Position numbers and translations under genes: made by a program. From positions 12,524,001 to 12,588,000 of the forward strand of contig NC_043017.1 in the NCBI RefSeq assembly GCF_006345805.1: a DNA stretch of 64,000 nt, written 5' to 3'. Positions 49,629 through 62,315 of the stretch are shown one piece after another. Numbering within the stretch: the first letter of the stretch is position 1; each line of letters starts with the position of its first letter. Below the pieces are notes generated by a model. That model was not told where the DNA came from, ran no database searches, and was given only the letters and a program-made list of their open reading frames with translations. The DNA comes from Octopus sinensis (taxonomy: Eukaryota).

Positions 49629-50021
49629 TTAGTGGAGGCGCAATGGCCCAGTGGTTAGGGCAGCGGACTCGCGGTCATAGGATCGCGGTTTCGATTCCCA
49701 GACCGGGCGTTGTGAGTGTTTATTCAGCGAAAACACCTAAAAGCTCCACGAGGCTCCGGCAGGGGATGGTGGTGATCTCTGCTGTACTCTTTCACTCACC
49801 ACAACTTTCTCTCACTCTTACTTCTGTTTCTGTTGTTGTACTGTATTTCAAAGGGCCAGCCTTGTCACTCTCTGTGTCACGCTGAATATCCCCGAGAACT
49901 ACGTTAAGGGTACACGTGTCTGTGGAGTGCTCAGCCACTTACACGTTAATTTCACGAGCAGGCTGTTCTGTTGATTCGGATCAACCAGAACCCTCGTCGT
50001 CATAACCGACGGAGTGCTTCC
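49629..50021 (+). mobile_element. SINE family C, tail type 3
   Basis: Family C head and core plus tail ...ccgagaactacgttaagggtacacg...gacggagtgcttcc; TSD atgttcaaaaca at 49617-49628 and 50022-50033. A fragment of this tail also lies at about 5945-6050 (minus). Confidence 0.9.
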
Positions 50022-51329
50022 ATGTTCAAAACAACAGCTTAATGGACAAGGCTAAGTTATTTCACTATATTTTTCCAAATTCTATATTTCTTACCAAAAA
50101 TTTATTTACACATAAGCGCAGCATGGCTCTGTGGTAAGAAGCTTGCTTTCCAACCACATGATTCCAGGTTCAGTCTCATTGTGTGGCACCCTTAGGTAGC
50201 CAATAACTGTGGATGAGCTTTGCATAGCATTCTACAAAATTCTCACCCAAATTTTACTTAATTCTCTCTCTCTCTCTCTCCCTCTCTCTGTATGTATAAA
50301 TAAATATATATATATATACACGCACACACACACACACACATATACACACATGCACAAAATAACGATCTATATATATATATATAAAATGAACACATATATG
50401 CCTATATATATATATAACTTCTATTTATACATAACTATATATGCATAAAATACTGATATATATAATATACATACAAAACACCTATACATACATATATATA
50501 AACAAAACACCTGTATATCCCTATACACACACATATACATATATATATATATATACATACACACATGTACATAGGTGTGTGTATACACAAAACACTTATG
50601 TATCCCTATATATACATACATATATATACATACACACACACACATACACATAATGCATCTGTATATATGTGTACGCATATATTATTAATAACGAGTCCAA
50701 CAAAAGGTGTTTTGTTCCATTTGGAATAAGAATATTTTTTCGCTGACCTCATTCCTTTAATAGAACATACGGACACCCAATGAGAACACTCTGAGCCTTT
50801 TTTTATTCCTAGCCTTGTCCCTATGAACCAGTCACCCCCTGGCTTATTCATTCACAAACACACAAACAGCACACACACACACACACACACCTATCACCTC
50901 ACTAGTGTTCCCCACCCCGACCCACAGCCACCTCCTGTCTACCTAGATTTCCCTCTAAATTTCTATACTTTTTTGCTCAAATATACACAAATGTTTTTGT
51001 AAACAAAACAAGTACCTTTATATACACCTGTGTGTGTGTGTGAGTATGTGCGTGTGTGTGTGTGTATGCATGTGTGTGTGCGTGTGTGATTAATGAAATG
51101 CATGAATGCTTCCTTGGTGTGTTCCTGCTAGTTGTACACATATATAGCTTTCATACACTTCATTTTTTCTCTCTCTCTCACACACACACCTTTTCTTCCA
51201 CCCTCCTACCTTCACTCTTTATCACACACACTTTAGCTGTGTTTACATTGTAGATATCAAAAGAAACAGTTATGAGAACATTTTATCAACACACAAAAAT
51301 TTTCCATGCACACACACCTATCTATCTAC

Positions 51330-51372
51330 CTACCTTCTTACCTACCAACCTACCTACCTCTCTATATATATG

Positions 51373-51417
<45 letters not shown>

Positions 51418-51790
51418 GTATGTATATATATATATATATATGTATGTATATATATATATGTATGTATATATATATATATGTATGTATGTATATGTATATA
51501 TATGTATGTATATATATATATATGTATGTATGTATATGTATATATATGTATGTATGTATATATATATATATATGTACGTATATGTGTATATATATATATA
51601 CATATATAAGTATATGTATATATATATATATATATATGTATGTGTATATATATATATATGATGTATATATATATATATAATATACATACACACACACATA
51701 TATATATATACACACATATATATACATATACACACACACACATTATATATATATATACATACATACACACACACACATATATAATATATA
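51330..51790. repeat. (TA)n/(TATG)n/(CA)n microsatellite
   Basis: Visible directly in sequence. Confidence 0.95.
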
Positions 51791-51941
51791 GTTTATAGGA
51801 CAATAGAGTGTATGAATGTCAACTAGGAAAGAGAAGATAGTCACAACTATAATGTAATGACATGTTTATCATTTCTCACAGGACTATACTGGGGTGGGAG
51901 GAGAGACAGAGAGACAGACAGATAATTAAACACACACACAC

Positions 51942-51991
<50 letters not shown>

Positions 51992-52599
51992 GGGGGGACA
52001 AACAGACAGAGAGGGAGTGTGTTAATGGGTAAATGCTAGGGGTATGGGAAGGCGGGGCTTGAATAACTTCTGTAATTTTCTGCTGATTAAAAAATAAAAA
52101 TAAATATATATGCGTATACTCCTATACTGCGTTCTATATATCTTGAAGCTCACTTTGCAGCCACATCGTTTCAGGTTCAATTCCACTGCAAGGCACTTTG
52201 GGCAAATGGCTTCTTTCCATTACAGCCCCAGGTCAACCAGTACCTTGTGAGTGAATTTGGTAGATGGAAATTGCATGTAAGCCCATCATATATATTCATA
52301 TGCATATTTGTGTGAGTGTTTGTATTTGCTCTTTACCACCACTTCACACAACCGGTGTTAGTTTGTTTATATCCCCATGACATCACAGTTCAGAAAAACA
52401 CAAACAGGATAGGAAGCAGACTTAAAAGTAAGAACTGGGGTCAATTTATTCAACTGAACCCTTCAAGGCAGTACCCAGTACCCAGGTTGTTGACAGGGAC
52501 TTCAAAATTTCAGCCAGCTAAAGGCATAGTTGGCTGATGAGCTTAGCTGGCCAAAACTTCAAAGTCACTCTCAACAACCTTATATTTAAATTTAAAATA

Positions 52600-52988
52600 A
52601 GGAGTGGCTGTGTGGTAAGTAGCTTGCTAACCAACCACATGGTTCCGAGTTCAGTCCCACTGCGTGGCATCTTGGGCAAGTGTCTTCTGCTATAGCCCCG
52701 GGCCAACCAATGCCTTGTGAGTGGATTTGGTAGACGGAAACTGAAAGAAGCCTGTCATATATATGTATATATATATAAGTGTGTGTGTGTGTATATGTTT
52801 GTCCCCCTATCATAGCTTGACAACCGATGTTGGTGTGTTTACGTCCCTGTCACTTAGCGGTTCGGCAAAAGAGACCGGTAGAATAAGTACTGGGCTTACA
52901 AAGAATAAGTCCCGGGGTCGATTTGCTCAACTAAAGGCGGTGCTCCAGCATGGCCGCAGTCAAATGACTGAAACAAGTAAAAGAGTAA
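52600..52988 (+). mobile_element. SINE family A
   Basis: aggagtggctgtgtgg to gaaacaagtaaaagagtaag. Confidence 0.95.
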
Positions 52989-53079
52989 GGGTGAGAAATT
53001 GAATATCAATTTGATTAATACCAATTTAAAACCAGTGGTCTAGCAAATTAAAATCTGAAGATACAGAAAAATTATATTA

Positions 53080-53230
53080 CATACATATAAGAGGGATGAC
53101 CACTACGTGGACATCCATTATGCTGTAAGTAGATTCGCTTTCTTCCTTCCTTTCTTAGTGGTAAGACCATAGCAGATCTACTTCTAGCATAATGGATGTC
53201 TACATAGTGGTCATCCCTCTTATATGTGTG
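53080..53230. repeat. small hairpin/MITE-like element: 55-bp arms, 41-bp spacer
   Basis: catacatataagagggatgaccactacgtggacatccattatgctgtaagtagat versus its inverted copy at 53176-53230, about 5 mismatches. Confidence 0.85.
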
Positions 53231-53567
53231 TGTATGTATATATATATATATATATCCCTCTCTCTCTTTTGGAGAGGCACTGAGCAGCTATACGCACACA
53301 TACACACAGGGCAGTAACTTCCACCTATCGAATTCAATCACGAAGCTTCGGTCGACTCGGGGCTATAGCGGAAGACACCCCGCCCAAAGAGCCACGCAGT
53401 GGGACTGAACCCGAAACCATGTAGCTAGGAAGCAAGCTCCCTAACCACACAGCCATGTCCGAAATATATATATAGCAGATAGATAGAGTATAAAATAGTG
53501 ACAGGTATGGCTTAACTTGTATATGTGTGTGTGTGTGCATGCTTCAATGTGTGCATGAGTGTACATG

Positions 53568-53600
<33 letters not shown>

Positions 53601-53653
53601 TTGTGTGAGAAGCTAAAAAAACATCAAGTAGGATAAACTGAGCTCCCCCCCCT

Positions 53654-55830
53654 CCACTTTCTCATCAACCTCACTGATAATCTTATCAACACTGTCTTCT
53701 CTACTGCTACCACTAACACACTACTGCTGCTTTCACCAAAACACTACAGCATTAAATTACACTACAACCACAACCACCACCCACTGCTAAACACACTGTC
53801 ATCGCAATTTATATTACTACCACAATAACCACCACAACCACACCTAAATAACACCACCACCATCGACACTCTCACCACAACCAACTACTAACCACCATAA
53901 CCACACTTCAGTAACAATTCCAACCTTAAAACAGTTTCAAGACTATTTAACTACTACTACTACTACTACACCTGTATCACCACCACTACTACTTCAACAT
54001 CGACACTACCACTAAACTGTTTGTTACAGCACCAACACTGTTCTTATTTACTTCAACATCACTTAAGCAACATTAATACTACCACTCCAACAGTAACACT
54101 AACTCTGCCACTTCAATAGCAACACCACTGCTATACCACTACAGTTTTGACACCAACACTATTTCAACATCACCGCTACCACTTCAACACTAACACTACT
54201 ACTACAATAATAAAGCTACCACTAACTACCACTTTAAAGCCACCACTCACTACTACAGCCACTTTGACAACACTGCCACAATCATTTAAATACCACAACT
54301 ACTACCTAAACAACACCACTACAACCAACACTTAAAGACTATGATCAATACTACTATCACACAACCAACTCTTTAGTGTTTAAACTAACCACATTCAGCC
54401 CAAATAGTCTGCTTGGTTTCATGTTCAAGCTCGCCTGATCCAACTTATCACACCTACCCTACAATGTCAGTCCGAAAGTAAACAATCTCATTATTGAAAT
54501 CTCAAGGCTACAAGATAATGCAGGATAAATTCAAGGCATGGCTGTGTGGTAAGAAACTTGCTTCCCAGCCACAAGGATCCAGGTTCAATCCCCCACTGTG
54601 TAGCACCTTGGGCAAGTGTTTTCAGGCCAACTCCCTTCCACTTTCTCATCAACCTCACTGGACAATCTTATCAACTCTGGCACCTTCTCCGCTGCCGCCG
54701 TCACCACCACAACCACCACCACCACCACCACCACCACCACCACTGCAGCTTGCACCAAAACACTACAGCATTAAATTACACTACAACCACAACCACCACC
54801 CACTGCTAAACACACTGTCATCGCAATTTATATTACTACCCACAGATAACCACCACACCCACACCACACCTAAATAACACCACCACCATCGACACTCTCA
54901 CCACAACCAACTACTAACCACCATAACCACACTTCAGTAACAATTCCAACCTTAAAACAGTTTCAAGACTATTTAACTACTATACTACTACTACACCTGT
55001 ATCACCACCACTACTACTTCAACATCGACACTACCACTAAACTGTTTGTTACAGCACCAACACTGTTCTTATTTACTTCAACATCACTTAAGCAACATTA
55101 ATACTACCACTCCAACAGTAACACTAACTCTGCCACTTCAATAGCAACACCACTGCTATAACCACTACAGTTTTGACACCAACACTATTTCAACAACATC
55201 ACCGCTACCACTTCAACACTAACACTACTACTACAATAATAAGCTAACCACTAACTACCACTTTAAAGCCACCACTCACTACTACAGCCACTTTGACAAC
55301 ACTGCCACAATCATTTAAATACCACAACTACTACCTAAACAACACCACTACAACCAACACTTAAAGACTATGATCAATACTACTATCACACAACCAACTC
55401 TTTAGTGTTTAAACTAACCACATTCAGCCCAAATAGTCTGCTTGGTTTCATGTTCAAGCTCGCCTGATCCAACTTATCACACCTACCCTACAATGTCAGT
55501 CCGAAAGTAAACAATCTCATTATAGAAATCTCAAGGCTACAAGATAATGCAGGATAAATTCAAGGCATGACTGTGTGGTAAGAAACTTGCTTCCCAGCCA
55601 CACGGATCCCGGTTCAATCCCCCACTGTGTAGCACCTTGGGCAAGTGTTTTCAGGCCAACTCCCTTCCACTTTCTCATCAACCTCACTGGACAATCTTAT
55701 CAACTCTGGCACCTTCTCCGCTGCCGCCGTCACCACCACAACCACCACCACCACCACCACCACCACCACCACTGCAGCTTGCACCAAAACACTACAGCAT
55801 TAAATTACACTACAACCACAACCACCACCA
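53654..55830. repeat. about 1.02-1.03-kb tandem duplication (about 2.1 units)
   Basis: accaaaacactacagc at 53735, 54754 and 55783. Each unit is ACT/ACC-rich DNA plus a P1 MITE fragment plus a truncated SINE head. Confidence 0.95.
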
Positions 55831-55886
55831 CTAAACGTCATCACCTTATGAGTGGATTTGGTAGAGACGGAAACTGTAAGAAGCCC

Positions 55887-55924
<38 letters not shown>

Positions 55925-56455
55925 CATGTGTATCTTTCTGTCAGTGTTTGACCCCCTCCCCATCACCACCACCACCACCACCACCACCACCACTACAGCT
56001 TCAAGACCAATGTTTGGTGTGTTTGCATTCCCCTTAACTTGATGGTTCGGAAAAAGAGACTGCTAGAATAAATTACCAGGTAGTGCCCCAGCATGGCCAC
56101 AGTCTAATGACTGAAGTCAAAAGTAAAAGATAAATATGCATTACATTTGAAGTGGAAGTGAGGGGGGGGGGGAGGAACCTGAATGCTGAAGAGTTAAAAA
56201 AGACACTGCAAGAAACAGCACTTAAAACACCACCACTACAGCCTAAACACCACTTTAACAACGCTACTGTCGCAACCACTACTTCAACAACAACCACCAC
56301 CACTGACGACAGCATCATCACTTGAATAACGCTAAACATAAAGGCAACCAACCAACCAACCAACTAACCAACCAGCGAACCAACCAACCAACCGACCGAC
56401 CAACCAACCAACCAGCCAGCCAGCCAACCAACCAACCAGCCAGCCAACCAGCGAA

Positions 56456-56494
<39 letters not shown>

Positions 56495-56856
56495 ACCAAG
56501 CAGCAGTTACGTAACTAAGCTGTCCTGTATTGTGATGGGTTTCCAAGTGGAAAAGGAAGCTTTTACAATTTAGTTATGTAAGAGGCGGAGGAGGAGGAGG
56601 AAAAGAAGAAGGAGGAGGAGGAAAAGAAGAAGAAGGAGGAGGACTGTTGCTACTACGGCTTGCTTGGTGTCTTAAGTCTTCTCCTATAATCCCATTCATA
56701 TCTCGCTTGGATGCTTTCTTTACAGGAGGAATATTGCCGTATTTACTTGTTACTCGTGCAATAAGTTGCAGTATTTTGTAACCGATTTTTGAATGAAAAT
56801 AAAAAACAAAAAAAAACAAAAGAGAACTGGGATGTTGCAACTTGTGCACATATATA

Positions 56857-57307
56857 TACGACGGGCTTCTTTCAGTTTCCGTCTACCAAATCCACTCACA
56901 AGGCTTTGGTCGGCCCGAGGCTATAGTAGAAGGTGCCAGTGTTGATAAGATTGTCCAGTGAGGTTGATGAGAAAGCGGAGGGGAGTTGGCCTGAAAACAC
57001 TTGCCCAAGGTGCTTCACAGTGGGGGACTGAACCAGGATCCTTGTGGCTGGGAAGCAAGTTTCTTACCACACAGCCATGCCTTGAATTTATCCTGCATTA
57101 TCTTGTAGCCTTGAGATTTCAATAATGATATTGTTTACTTTCAGACTGACATTGTAGGGTAGGTGTGATAAGTTGGATCAGGCAAGTTTGAACATGAAAC
57201 CAAACAGACTATTTGGGCTGAATATAGTAGAAGGTGCCATGCAGTGGGACTGAACCTGGAACCATGTGGTTGGTAAGCAAGCTACTTACCACACAGCCAC
57301 TCCTGCA

Positions 57308-57310
<3 letters not shown>
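56857..57310 (-). mobile_element. family A SINE head half interrupted by a 284-bp insertion
   Basis: SINE sequence stops at agaaggtgcca (56938) and resumes at 57223. Confidence 0.9.
56939..57222 (-). repeat. inverted copy of about 54390-54685 flanked by a 17-bp direct repeat
   Basis: The reverse complement reproduces the composite MITE/SINE-head/unique junctions of the tandem unit; tatagtagaaggtgcca at 56922-56938 and 57223-57239. Confidence 0.92.
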
Positions 57311-57340
<30 letters not shown>

Positions 57341-57343
<3 letters not shown>

Positions 57344-58240
57344 TGCAGGATATATACTCTTTTACTCTTTTACTTGTTTCAGTCATTTGACTGCGGCCAT
57401 GCTGGAGCACCGCCTTCAGTCGAGCAAATCGACCCCGGGACTTATTCTTTGTAAGCCCAGTACTTATTCTATCGGTCTCTTTTGCCGAACCGCTAAGTGA
57501 CGGGGACGTAAACACACCAGCATCGGTTGTCAAGCAATGCTAGGGGGACAAACACAGACACACAAACATATACACACACACTTATATATATATATACATA
57601 TATATGACAGGCTTCTTTCAGTTTCCGTCTACCAAATCCACTCACAAGGCATTGGTCAGCCCGGGGCTATAGCAGAAGACACTTGTCCAAGATGCCACGC
57701 AGTGGGACTGAACCCGGAACCATGTGGTTGGTTAGCAAGCTACTTACCACACAGCCACTCCTGCGCCTATATATATATATAATATATATATATATATAGG
57801 TGCAGGATATATACTCTTTTACTCTTTTACTTGTTTCAGTCATTTGACTGCGGCATGCTGGAGCACCGCCTTCAGTCGAGCAAATCGACCCCGGACTTAT
57901 TCTTTGTAAGCCCAGTACTTATTCTATCGGTCTCTTTTGCCGAACCGCTAAGTGACGGGGACGTAAACACACCACATCGGTTGTCAAGCAATGCTAGGGG
58001 GACAAACACAGACACACAAACATATACACACACACTTATAATATATATACATATATATGACAGGCTTCTTTCAGTTTCCGTCTACCAAATCCACTCACAA
58101 GGCATTGGTCAGCCCGGGGCTATAGCAGAAGACACTTGTCCAAGATGCCACGCAGTGGGACTGAACCCGGAACCATGTGGTTGGTTAGCAAGCTACTTAC
58201 CACACAGCCACTCCTGCGCCTATATATATATATAATATAT
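57341..58240 (-). repeat. 457-bp tandem duplication of a family A SINE with its flank
   Basis: aggtgcaggatatatactc at 57341 and 57798; both SINEs share private variants (gacacttgtccaag, ggtcagccc, atatgacagg). Confidence 0.92.
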
Positions 58241-58323
58241 AAGCATTTTTCCCAGAGTGGTAATGAATAAGTACCAGCTCACCACCTTAGGAAAACGGGA
58301 TAATGATAAAAAAAAAAATCATT

Positions 58324-58551
58324 TTAACCCTTTAGCATTTAAACTGGCCATATCCGGCCAAAAGTATTCTGCCTGTTTTATGTTCAAACTGGCCACATCT
58401 GGCTTCTCACACCAACCCTACAATATCGTTTTAAAAATTAACAGCTACCTCATCAAATCTCATAGCTACAAGATAATGCATGATTAGTTCAAAACAATGT
58501 GGATTAAAAAGCATTAATTTTGGTAGAATAATGCGAACACTAAAGGGTTAA
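58324..58551. mobile_element. piggyBac-like MITE, family P1 (220 bp between TTAA sites)
   Basis: TTAA|ccctttag ... ctaaaggg|TTAA. Confidence 0.88.
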
Positions 58552-59486
58552 TATCATTTGATTGCAATGTATATTCTGCATTTCAATATTTTTAAAGGAC
58601 CATCAATTTTTGTCTAATTTTTTTCCATAAATATGGAATGAAATTTAGACTCCACTATAACAGTATTGCGGAACACAGGAATATATGAAATGATGAATGG
58701 ACTGACAGTGGTGGGTGGTCATGGTGGTGGCTATGGTGGTGGTGGTGGTGGTGTTACAAGCAACAGGCTGTTAATTCAAAGTATTTTTAAAAGTTTTCAT
58801 TTCATTTATCTCTTTTATAGTTGCCTTATTTATTGGTCCATTCATGGAAAGAAAAGAGGAGAAATGGGTGGGGTTAATTAACAGCAAGGGGAGGAGCGGG
58901 AGAGAGAGAGAAAGAGGGAGAAAGGGCAAAAAAGAGAGAAGGGGAAGGAGGGAGGGATGTTGACAGGACATCCTAATTAGGCAAATATTGATTTTTGTTG
59001 TTTTGAATGAAAGGCATGAATATATTTATACACACTCACAAGCATCTATAATATATATACATGCATGCGTATGTACAAACATACATATAAATATATATGC
59101 ACATGTGTATGTATGTATGTATATATATATATATATAATATATATATATATATATACATACACACACACACACATTTACACACACTCATAAAATATATGC
59201 ATACATTCTCCATACGTTTTCACTTGTGTGTATGTGTGCATGTATGTATGTATGTATGTATATGTCATCATTTTTTTTAATGTCCTTTGTACCATGCTGG
59301 CATGGGTTAGACAGCTTAAGAACTGATGCCGCAGAGGATTGCACCAAGCTCTATACACATACACACACACACGTTTATATGTGTATGACAGAGCATACTG
59401 AATATACTGTAGTTGAAGAGAATTCAACTGTCCTAACCGATAGGACCCGAATTCAAACAAGAATGAATTCCCTTTTATATTTCCAA

Positions 59487-59837
59487 CTAGCAGCTAAGCC
59501 CGGTTTCACCCGGTCCGTTTGCATGATGTGGGTGCGATCGTTTTCGGTTAGGCATAATCTGTAACAGCATTTCTCAGCCTTATCATTTCGAGTCCCCTGT
59601 TTCGATTGGGGCCTCCAGCTGCATCTCTTTCTCTTTCTCTTTTACTTGTTTCAGTCATTTGACTGCGGCCATGCTGGAGCACCGCCTTTAGTCGATCAAA
59701 TCGACCCCGGAACTTATTCTTTGTAAGCCCAGTACTTATTCTATCGGTCTCTTTTGCCGAACCACTAAGTGGCGGGGACGTAGACACACCAGCATTGGTT
59801 GTCAAGCAATGCTAGGGGGACAAACACAGACACACAA

Positions 59838-59886
<49 letters not shown>

Positions 59887-60197
59887 TACGACAGGCTTCT
59901 TTCAGTTTCAATCTACCAAATCCACGCAGTGGGACTGAACCCGCAAGCATGTGGTTGGTTAGCAAGCTACTTACCACACAGCCACTCCTGCGCCTATGAA
60001 AATTTCTTTAAAAAAGTTTTAATCGATTTTCTCGGTAGGTATGGGGGCTAGGAAAAGAATACAAACTGTATTCCAATCTATGCACCCGCCTCGACATGTG
60101 TGCCAATTTTCACGTGAATCCACCCAGCCATTTGGCTGTGAACCTCAAGACAAGAAAGTATACAACGATCACCCATGTCCAATTTATATTATAGGTG
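59487..60197 (-). mobile_element. non-autonomous Helitron-like element split by SINE A
   Basis: Minus-strand 3' end accgggtgaaaccgggcttagctgCTAG|t (short hairpin before CTAG). The distal part acatgtgtgccaattttcacgtgaatccacccagcc...tccaatttatattatag resembles the other end of such elements. Confidence 0.5.
59626..59995 (-). mobile_element. SINE family A with internal deletion
   Basis: ctaccaaatccacgcagtggg joins two ccac sites that lie about 60 bp apart in other copies. Confidence 0.92.
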
Positions 60198-60660
60198 AGT
60201 TAATCAATGTTTTACTTACATCTTAGTTACCAAAAAAAAAAACAATCCGATGTCCATAGCCTTTTTTCCTTTTTAGGGACAGGACTCTACAATGGCTGAG
60301 GTCAATGTGATTTACATTCTCTATCTACTCTCAGTTTCTTCTATGGCTACTATAATGGCCTCTGCTCAACAAAACTGGTTGAGCTCAGACCACTTTTGTA
60401 CAGATATTACTGATTCCCCCACCTGACCTACCTATCTATTTCCTTCCTCATGTCCAAACTATGTCCAAACCCACTGCTGTCACCACCATCATCACCAGTC
60501 CCTCCCACAACTACAACCAGTCCATGCTTTCCAACACATAAGCCTTCCATAATTTTTTCCCGGCTGATGGTTTAAGGGAAAACTAGTTGCCGTTTCTAGT
60601 CTGCCAAGTGATAAAAACTCTTTCGTTGGTATCCTTGTGGTTAGACAGGACCTAATGGAG

Positions 60661-60891
60661 CAGCAAGCTGGTAGAAACGTTAGCATGCCAGGAGAAATGC
60701 TTAGTGGTATTTCATTTGCTGTTACGTTCTGAGTTCAAATTCCACCGAGGTCAACTTTGCCTTTCATCCTTTCAGGGGTTGATAAATTTAGTACAAGTTA
60801 CACACTGGGGTCGATGTAATCGACTTAATCCCGTTGCCTGTCCTTGTTTGTCCCCTCTACGTTCAGCTCCTTGTGGGCAATAAAGAAATAA
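60661..60891 (+). mobile_element. SINE family B with TSD
   Basis: aggacctaatggagcag at 60647-60663 and 60892-60908 (the last bases overlap the head). Confidence 0.92.
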
Positions 60892-61024
60892 AGGACCTAA
60901 TGGAGCAGAGAGAAAAATCAGACCCTCCAAACAGCTAATCCAGGAGGGGTGGAAGGAAGGGGCATTCTCTCTTGTTGGCTTGGAAACATGGAACAAACAC
61001 CAGTCAAATTCAAATATCTTTTGT

Positions 61025-61400
61025 CGATTACTTGTTTCAGTCATTGGACTACGACCATGCTGGGGCAACACCTCGAAGAATTTTTAGTTGAATTGATCCC
61101 AGGACTTATTTATTATTTTGTAAAGCCTAGAACTTATTCAAGAATTTTCTGTCGAATGAGTCAACCCCAGTACTCATATCTTCGTTAAGGCTGGTACTTA
61201 TTCTATCAGTCTCTTTTACCAGACCACTATGTTCCAGGAACATAAACACACCAACACCGGTTGTCAAGCAGCAGTGGGTTGCAAACACTGGAACGAACAC
61301 ACACACACACACATATATATATATGATGGGCTTCTTATACGATGGCTTTCTTGTGCAGCACCTTGACCAATTGTCTTCAACTATAACCCTGGGTTGACCA
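61025..61400 (-). mobile_element. old family A-like SINE
   Basis: tacttgtttcagtcattgg...ggtacttattctatcagtctc...ccttgaccaattgtcttc. Confidence 0.7.
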
Positions 61401-61899
61401 AGTAGAAGGCCCTTACAATGGTTTCATGGTAAGGAATGGTTAAAAAGTGCAAGAAAGATCTACTATTTCAGCAGTGAAGACCAAACAGCCATACACATAC
61501 AATAACTGGAGAGATATTCTTCCTTCTTTCTCTCTTTCCTTCTTTCATTTTCTCTTACTTTCTCTTGCTTCCCCTCTCTCTTTCCTTCATTTTCTCTCTC
61601 TCTCTCTCTCTCTCTCTGTTGAGTACTGGTTGGTCATGTTTTAACAGCCAAGATTTCTCTCATTTCATCCCAAGCAGAGGAGGGGGAGGGGGGACAGCAT
61701 GGGTGGGTTGGGCAGATGTGATGAGGGAACACCCTACCCTAAATCGAGTGAGTGAATGAGTGTGAGTCACTTGACCTACTGATAAATATATGAGTAATGA
61801 AAGAAAAGAAAGAAAGAAAGAAAGAAGAAAGAAAGAAAGAACGAAAGAAACTCAAGAACAACAAGTGAGTCAAGTGTGAGAAGTTTGATCATCATCATT

Positions 61900-62315
61900 G
61901 TCATCATCATCGTCATCATCACCACTTGCCATTTTCACCATCACCATCATTATTATTGTCATCATCATTGCCACCATTATCATCACATTGCCATCACCAC
62001 CACCACCATTATGGTTGTCAGTCTTACCATCATCACCTCCACCACCACTATCATTACCATCATCCTTGTCAGCATCACCTCCACAACCACTATCATCATC
62101 ATAATCATCATCATCGTCACCACTTGCCATTTTCATCATCACCATCATTATCATTATTATTGTCATCATCATTGCCACCATTATCATCACATTGCCATCA
62201 CCACCACCATTGTGGTTGTCAGTCTTACCATCATCATCATCCTCCTCCTCCTCTCCTCGTCAGCATCACCTCCACCACCACTATCATCATCATTGTCACC
62301 ATCATCATCATCACC
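61900..62315. repeat. 198-bp tandem duplication within a (CAT/CAC)n field
   Basis: caccacttgccatttt at 61920 and 62118. Confidence 0.85.

Noticed and set aside
52497-52565. ctgatgagcttagctggccaaaac, a second hammerhead-like core inside a small inverted repeat
   Set aside because: GAAA is mutated to AAAA, stem II is broken and no stem I pairing is found; at most a decayed relic.
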